From positions 62,001 through 126,000 of the forward strand of contig CBFDEM010000060.1 in the NCBI GenBank assembly GCA_965603825.1: DNA of 64,000 nt, read 5' to 3'. The stretch is from Blepharisma stoltei ATCC 30299. Its lineage: Eukaryota; Protista; Ciliophora. The notes below the pieces were generated by a model. It saw only the letters and a program-made list of their open reading frames with translations, did no database searches and was not told the DNA's origin. Made by a program: the position numbers and the translations under genes. Every line of letters begins with the position of its first letter. Positions within the stretch are counted from its first letter, which is position 1. This document shows, in pieces, positions 59,381-64,000 of the stretch.

Positions 59381-60424
59381 ATGGACGAATTTTTAATTGA
59401 GAAAAATCAATTAGGATATTTAGATGTCAGATTCTTTGGTACTGTGTTTGGCATTGAAGCACTTATGCTTCCATATGCCATGAAGCTTTGTGGGCTTTCT
59501 AATGGGTTTATTTTGATATTAATTTCAGCGCTTGCAAATGTTGGGATTCAAATATTAAATTCCAAGACAAAACAAGAAAAAAATATAGAACTAGGGAAAA
59601 TAATTACTCATATGGTAGGAAAACTCATAACAATGCAATATTTGATATATCAATTATGGTTTTATCAGATAAATTATTATTATGAATTTGACTTGAATTC
59701 ATGGATAATCCCTTTTATATGATCATTAGTTTTTTCAGTAATCGTGCTTTATTTAACGGTCTTTCAGAAGGTAAAAGACTCAGTTATTCCTCATTTATTG
59801 ACAATTCTTACAGCTGCAATTATAGTTATTTATTTAGTTCTTGACATGAATTCTTTATTGCCGAAAGTCCCATCGTTTAATGACTCATTTGTGTTTTCAA
59901 CAGGAATTTCTGAAAAATCTGGGTATCCTTTTATGATTTGCATTATGATTTTTACATCACATTATAGATTTACAGATATAAAGCAGAGGATAAAAATAAC
60001 TGATACAATCTGCTTATTAAGTGCATGATATTTTGTTATAGGATTATTTGGGTATTTGTCATTATTAGACTACACTCCAGAAATCATTCTATTTGGAGCG
60101 CATTTTGGGAATTATAAAATCTTGGCTTTTTTGTCGATGTCGCTATTATTTATTTGCCAATTTTGGAAGCTTCTTGTATATTTGAATTTTGTAAAAAAAA
60201 GATTGCCAAAAATTAAAAAAAGCCAAGAAATTCTAATTTCCTTGATTTTTATCATTACTCTAGTAATCTCCCAACTACTTTCTCTAAAATCTTTGGTTTA
60301 TATTAGCTATTTTTGCTTTATTATATCAAACCTGGTGATTAATAGCATTACAACGAAGAGAAGATTCGGTTTTATTTTTATTTCAATATTGCTTATAGGA
60401 ATAGCAACTAGTAGTTTAGAATAA
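59381..60424 (+). CDS. Divergent amino-acid-transporter-like (AAAP/SLC38-type) membrane protein, 347 aa
   Basis: Three ORFs join via two TGA. TVFGIEALMLPYAMKLCGL resembles the G.GxLxLP first-helix motif. Confidence 0.65.
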
Positions 60425-60445
60425 TTTAAAATAAAATTATTAAAA

Positions 60446-61393
60446 ATGCAGAAAAAGAAAAAGTCAATTGAACTAAAGTTAGACTTAACAAGCACTTTAG
60501 ACACTTCTTCGAGTAATAACCCTTATTCTCCTGTACGATTTTTTACCAAAAGAAATATAAAGACTGATCGATTCAAATCTGAATCACCAAATGAAAAAGT
60601 TTCAGTCACTGATAAAATTTTCAGTCAGGAATCAAGAGATTTTCTTAGAAAATTATTATTTAAAAAGGCAAAGCCTAAATTAGTCGCAGAAAAACTGTCA
60701 TTTTCTCCTTCGTCAACTTTTGGTAAAACCCAAATAAATTCCCCAGTAATGAAAACTATGACACCTACACAAAGAAGCAAAATTATCCAGATGGCCTGTG
60801 AGGATCCTGGCGTTCATTATAGTTTTATGAATAGAAAATTATTTATCAAAGATCTAGCTTCCACAAGTCCATTAATTGTTAAAAGGAATAAGATTGAAAA
60901 TAACCAAAATAGCACAGAAAATTTATTTAATAGAACTCAGGAATTCGCATATGGAAGACCATCATGCGGATTTGAAAAAGAAAGGCTAATGAAAAGGCAT
61001 AAAAATTTACTTGTGATACAAAGAAATTTAACTAAAAAAAGGCCTAAAAGAAAAGAAAAATGCGAAAAAATTGATTTAATTATAAAGTCTTGTGAGGATA
61101 TAGCCAAAAGTGCAAGCACACTTGAAATAAATAATAAAATAGGAAAAGTAGGGCAAATAGCTAAAAATTACTCAGAGAAGATGAGTGGTATTTCAAATGC
61201 ACTTAGAAAAGTTGACAGCTATGAAGGAAGTATCATGGAGAAGCTCTATGAGTACTATCAAGAAGGAGAGAAAAGTCTGAAAAGTGAAGAAAGTCTTGTA
61301 TTTAAAGATATGCAAAACTCTTCATCAGATGCTAGGAGACAGAATATTATGATTCGTGGACTATTAAAGAGATATAAAAATAAAGTCTTATAA
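60446..61393 (+). CDS. Hypothetical basic protein, 315 aa
   Basis: ATG-TAA ORF with no domain recognised. Confidence 0.7.
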   Translation: MQKKKKSIELKLDLTSTLDTSSSNNPYSPVRFFTKRNIKTDRFKSESPNEKVSVTDKIFSQESRDFLRKLLFKKAKPKLVAEKLSFSPSSTFGKTQINSPVMKTMTPTQRSKIIQMACEDPGVHYSFMNRKLFIKDLASTSPLIVKRNKIENNQNSTENLFNRTQEFAYGRPSCGFEKERLMKRHKNLLVIQRNLTKKRPKRKEKCEKIDLIIKSCEDIAKSASTLEINNKIGKVGQIAKNYSEKMSGISNALRKVDSYEGSIMEKLYEYYQEGEKSLKSEESLVFKDMQNSSSDARRQNIMIRGLLKRYKNKVL

Positions 61394-61606
61394 TAATGTG
61401 AAACAATTAAATATAATTTAAACTATTACCTTAAGTTTTAAGATTGATATTTCAATTAAATTTTAATAGCATTTCTCATTAAATCATCTAAATCTTTTTT
61501 ATATTTTTCTAAATCCCTATCTTATTTCACAAAAACTTATTTATTACAAAATCATCTACTACCTTTCTTTTCCTAAAATTTAATCAAAAATTCTATTTAG
61601 ATTATA

Positions 61607-63775
61607 ATGAAAAATCGAAATCGTCGCTTGCTTTTCCCTTCACCTAGCGTTTTGAACGGGGCTGAGCGAGAGCCTCAAGTGTCTGACTTCGAAACTCTCA
61701 CAAAGAAAGCCATAGGAGAGGGTGCTTTTGGTGAAGTCTATAAGGTCCGTCACAAAGTTTCAAAAGAACTCTACGCAATAAAAGTAGTTGGCAAGCAAAA
61801 AGTAGTCGCTGCAAACTTATTACCGCAGCTAAGAAGAGAGATAAGGATCATGTATAGTTTGAATCATCCTCATATTATCAAGCTTTATAATCACTTTGAA
61901 GACGACAATAATTTTTACCTTGTTTTAGAGTTGGCTGAAGGAGGAACCTTATGGGGAAGACTTGCAAAATTCAAAAGCTTTGACGAAGCAACTGCAGCTC
62001 AGTATTTAAGGGAGCTGATTTTAGCTTTGGAATATTTGCATTCAAGAGATCCACCAATCATTCATAGAGACATTAAGCCTGAAAACTTGTTGCTAGACAA
62101 AGAAGGCAGGGATGGCAGAATTAAAGTCGCTGATTTCGGATGGTCAAATTTTTTCAATGCAGATAGGACAAGAATGACCTATTGTGGGACCTTGGATTAT
62201 TTAGCTCCAGAAATGATTAATCAGCAAGGCCATACCACAAGTCTAGATCTGTGAAACTTAGGTGTGCTATTGTTTGAGCTTTTGACAGGAACTGCTCCTT
62301 TTCAAGCTCCGACACAAGCGGCGATGTTTGAAAAGATCTTAAAAGTAAGAATCACTTTCCCCAAAAATTTCCCACCTTTGGCGAAAGATCTTATTATGAG
62401 GCTTTTGCGTGTGAATCCTGCTGAAAGAATTGCCTTGCAAGATATATTAAATCACCCATGGATGCAAACTCATCAGCCTATCCGCCCTACAATAGTGCAA
62501 AATGTCCAAAAAGAAGCTTTACCTTGTCCTTTAGAAGTAAATGATGAAACGACTGCAGATATCCCTAGTGAAGATCCTATAAAACCTTTTGATGAATCTG
62601 AATTCAGGGTCTTAAGTAAGCCTAAAAAAGAAGAAGAAAAAAAAGAAGAAAATCCTCCACCAGCTCCTCAAGCTGCAGAAAATCCGACCCCAGCCCCAAC
62701 ACCTACAGCATACACTCAACAAGTGTCTACTTTAGAAACTGAATTAAAGCAGACCAGAGAAGAAAATAAAAGATATAGATCTCAGTTAGAAGATAAAGAA
62801 GCTGAGCTAGAAAGAGTTAAAAATCGAATTCAAGAGCTAGAAGGGGTTCTAGCAAAGCTAGATAATGATTGTGAAGAAAAAAGAAAAGCAGAAAAAAATT
62901 TAAAGGACCAGCTAGCTGAAAAAAGTAATAAAATCGCTGAATTAAAAGCCCTGCAAGAAGATGAAAATAAGTTATATCAAGAATACGAAGCTTTAAGAGG
63001 AAAATGCCTGGAAAAAGAGACAGAACTGTCTTTATTGAAAACTGAAATCGAAAACATGGAAAAGCTAGCAAAAGATAAAGCAGCCCAAGCAGAATCCCTT
63101 GAAAAAGAAATCGAAAGAGTAAAAGGCGAAATTGACCAAACCAAGCAAAAATATTCAAAATCCAAATCAGAAATGCATGACCAGTTCTTAAAGCTATCCA
63201 CAGAAGTCGATGTATTACAAAAAGAGCTGCAAAGTAAAGAAAGAGACAGCTCAGTTGTATCTTTGGAAGCTTTATTAACATTCACCCAAGAAAATTTGGA
63301 AATTTTAAAAAAAAGAAGCAGGCTGGAAAATGAGTTGTTAAAACAATACCAAGATGCTAATGAAAGACTAATCCAATTAGACAATAAACATACTGAAATG
63401 AAGCTGCAGTATGAAAACGATCTAGCAGAACTAAGAAGAAAAGCTGAAAGCGAAATCCGGGAGCTGGAGTCTTCCATTGTAAAACCTGTTGAGCCTAACT
63501 CTGATGCTGATTTAGAAGTCTTGAAACAAAGACTTAAGGATAGCTTGGAGAACCAAAAAAGAAATAAAGCTATGTATGATGAACTGCAGCATTTACAAGC
63601 TATGATACAACATTATGAAAAATCATTAGCTTTTGCACAGAGACAGCTGCAAGATTTGGAATTTTTGAGAGAAAACGACCAAAAACAAATAATCCAGCAA
63701 GATACCCTACTTCAGAACTATAATCAAGAAATTCAAGAATATCGGAAAAAGCTTCAAGAAGCAAGATTAGTTTAA
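61607..63775 (+). CDS. Aurora-like Ser/Thr kinase with long C-terminal coiled coil, 722 aa
   Basis: GEGAFGEV, QLRREI, HRDIKPENLL, ADFGWS and TYCGTLDYLAPEM motifs. TGA 62252 is the subdomain IX Trp (DL-W-NLG). Confidence 0.92.
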
Positions 63776-63850
63776 TTTCATTAATAAATTGATTTAAACT
63801 ATTGCGATTAATTATTTTGAACTATTTTAATTATAGCCTATTTATATAAA

Positions 63851-64000
63851 ATGGGAGACCCTAGGTTGAAGATTTTAATTAAAGGATTTTTAGACTTGCT
63901 ATATTTTGCACTCGTTTTTGTGGTGTATTTAACAAGCATATTTAGCTATATGAAAGATTATTATGTAGGGACAACAGAAATCACATATAAGTACGTTGAC
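63851..64000 (+). CDS. 5' end of a membrane or secreted protein (runs off the window)
   Basis: ATG after an AT-rich leader, 50 open codons with a hydrophobic stretch. Confidence 0.55.
   Translation, partial: MGDPRLKILIKGFLDLLYFALVFVVYLTSIFSYMKDYYVGTTEITYKYVD

Noticed and set aside
11091-63477. Antisense and alternate-frame ORFs in the track (e.g. 11566, 15828, 42845, 49895, 51909, 62977)
   Set aside because: They are shadows of well-supported genes and have no motifs of their own.
1-64000. Treating TGA-interrupted genes as pseudogenes or selenoproteins
   Set aside because: TGA aligns with conserved Trp, not Cys, and frames continue intact across many essential genes.
1-64000. CRISPR arrays, telomeric repeats, transposase or reverse-transcriptase ORFs, and TA-bounded IESs inside genes
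   Set aside because: None seen. The housekeeping genes read through without insertions other than introns, consistent with somatic sequence.

Overview
AT-rich, gene-dense eukaryotic DNA. TGA is read as Trp (it sits at invariant Trp positions of a kinase, an SH3 domain, an ABCC transporter and a methyltransferase), TAA/TAG are the stops, and introns are 15-16 nt GT..A..AG. This combination matches a heterotrich ciliate such as Blepharisma, so the supplied ORF track is fragmented and I re-joined it by hand. Positions 1-11,000 are an accessory zone: about nine intact, frameshifted or truncated copies of a Kelch/beta-propeller-like gene family in segmental duplications, one TPR gene spliced in between them, and a decayed repeat. 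Positions 11,000-64,000 hold about 35 compact housekeeping genes (CDPK, AGPS, DAD1, Myb, Pumilio, ABCC, AIFM3-like, RPL22, AFG1, H+-PPase, importin-7/8-like, Aurora-like kinase and others) and a tRNA-Gln(UUG). The most striking observation is at 27,424-28,372. There a 273-codon SAM-dependent methyltransferase frame has no ATG at all and is preceded by a ~127-nt four-way-junction RNA with a possible loop-loop pseudoknot. That structure buries the only plausible start codon, two candidate splice donors and a TAG-TAG acceptor of a putative 112-nt intron. It is a candidate riboswitch-like or structure-controlled splicing element. All structures were derived by eye, with no folding software or database searches.
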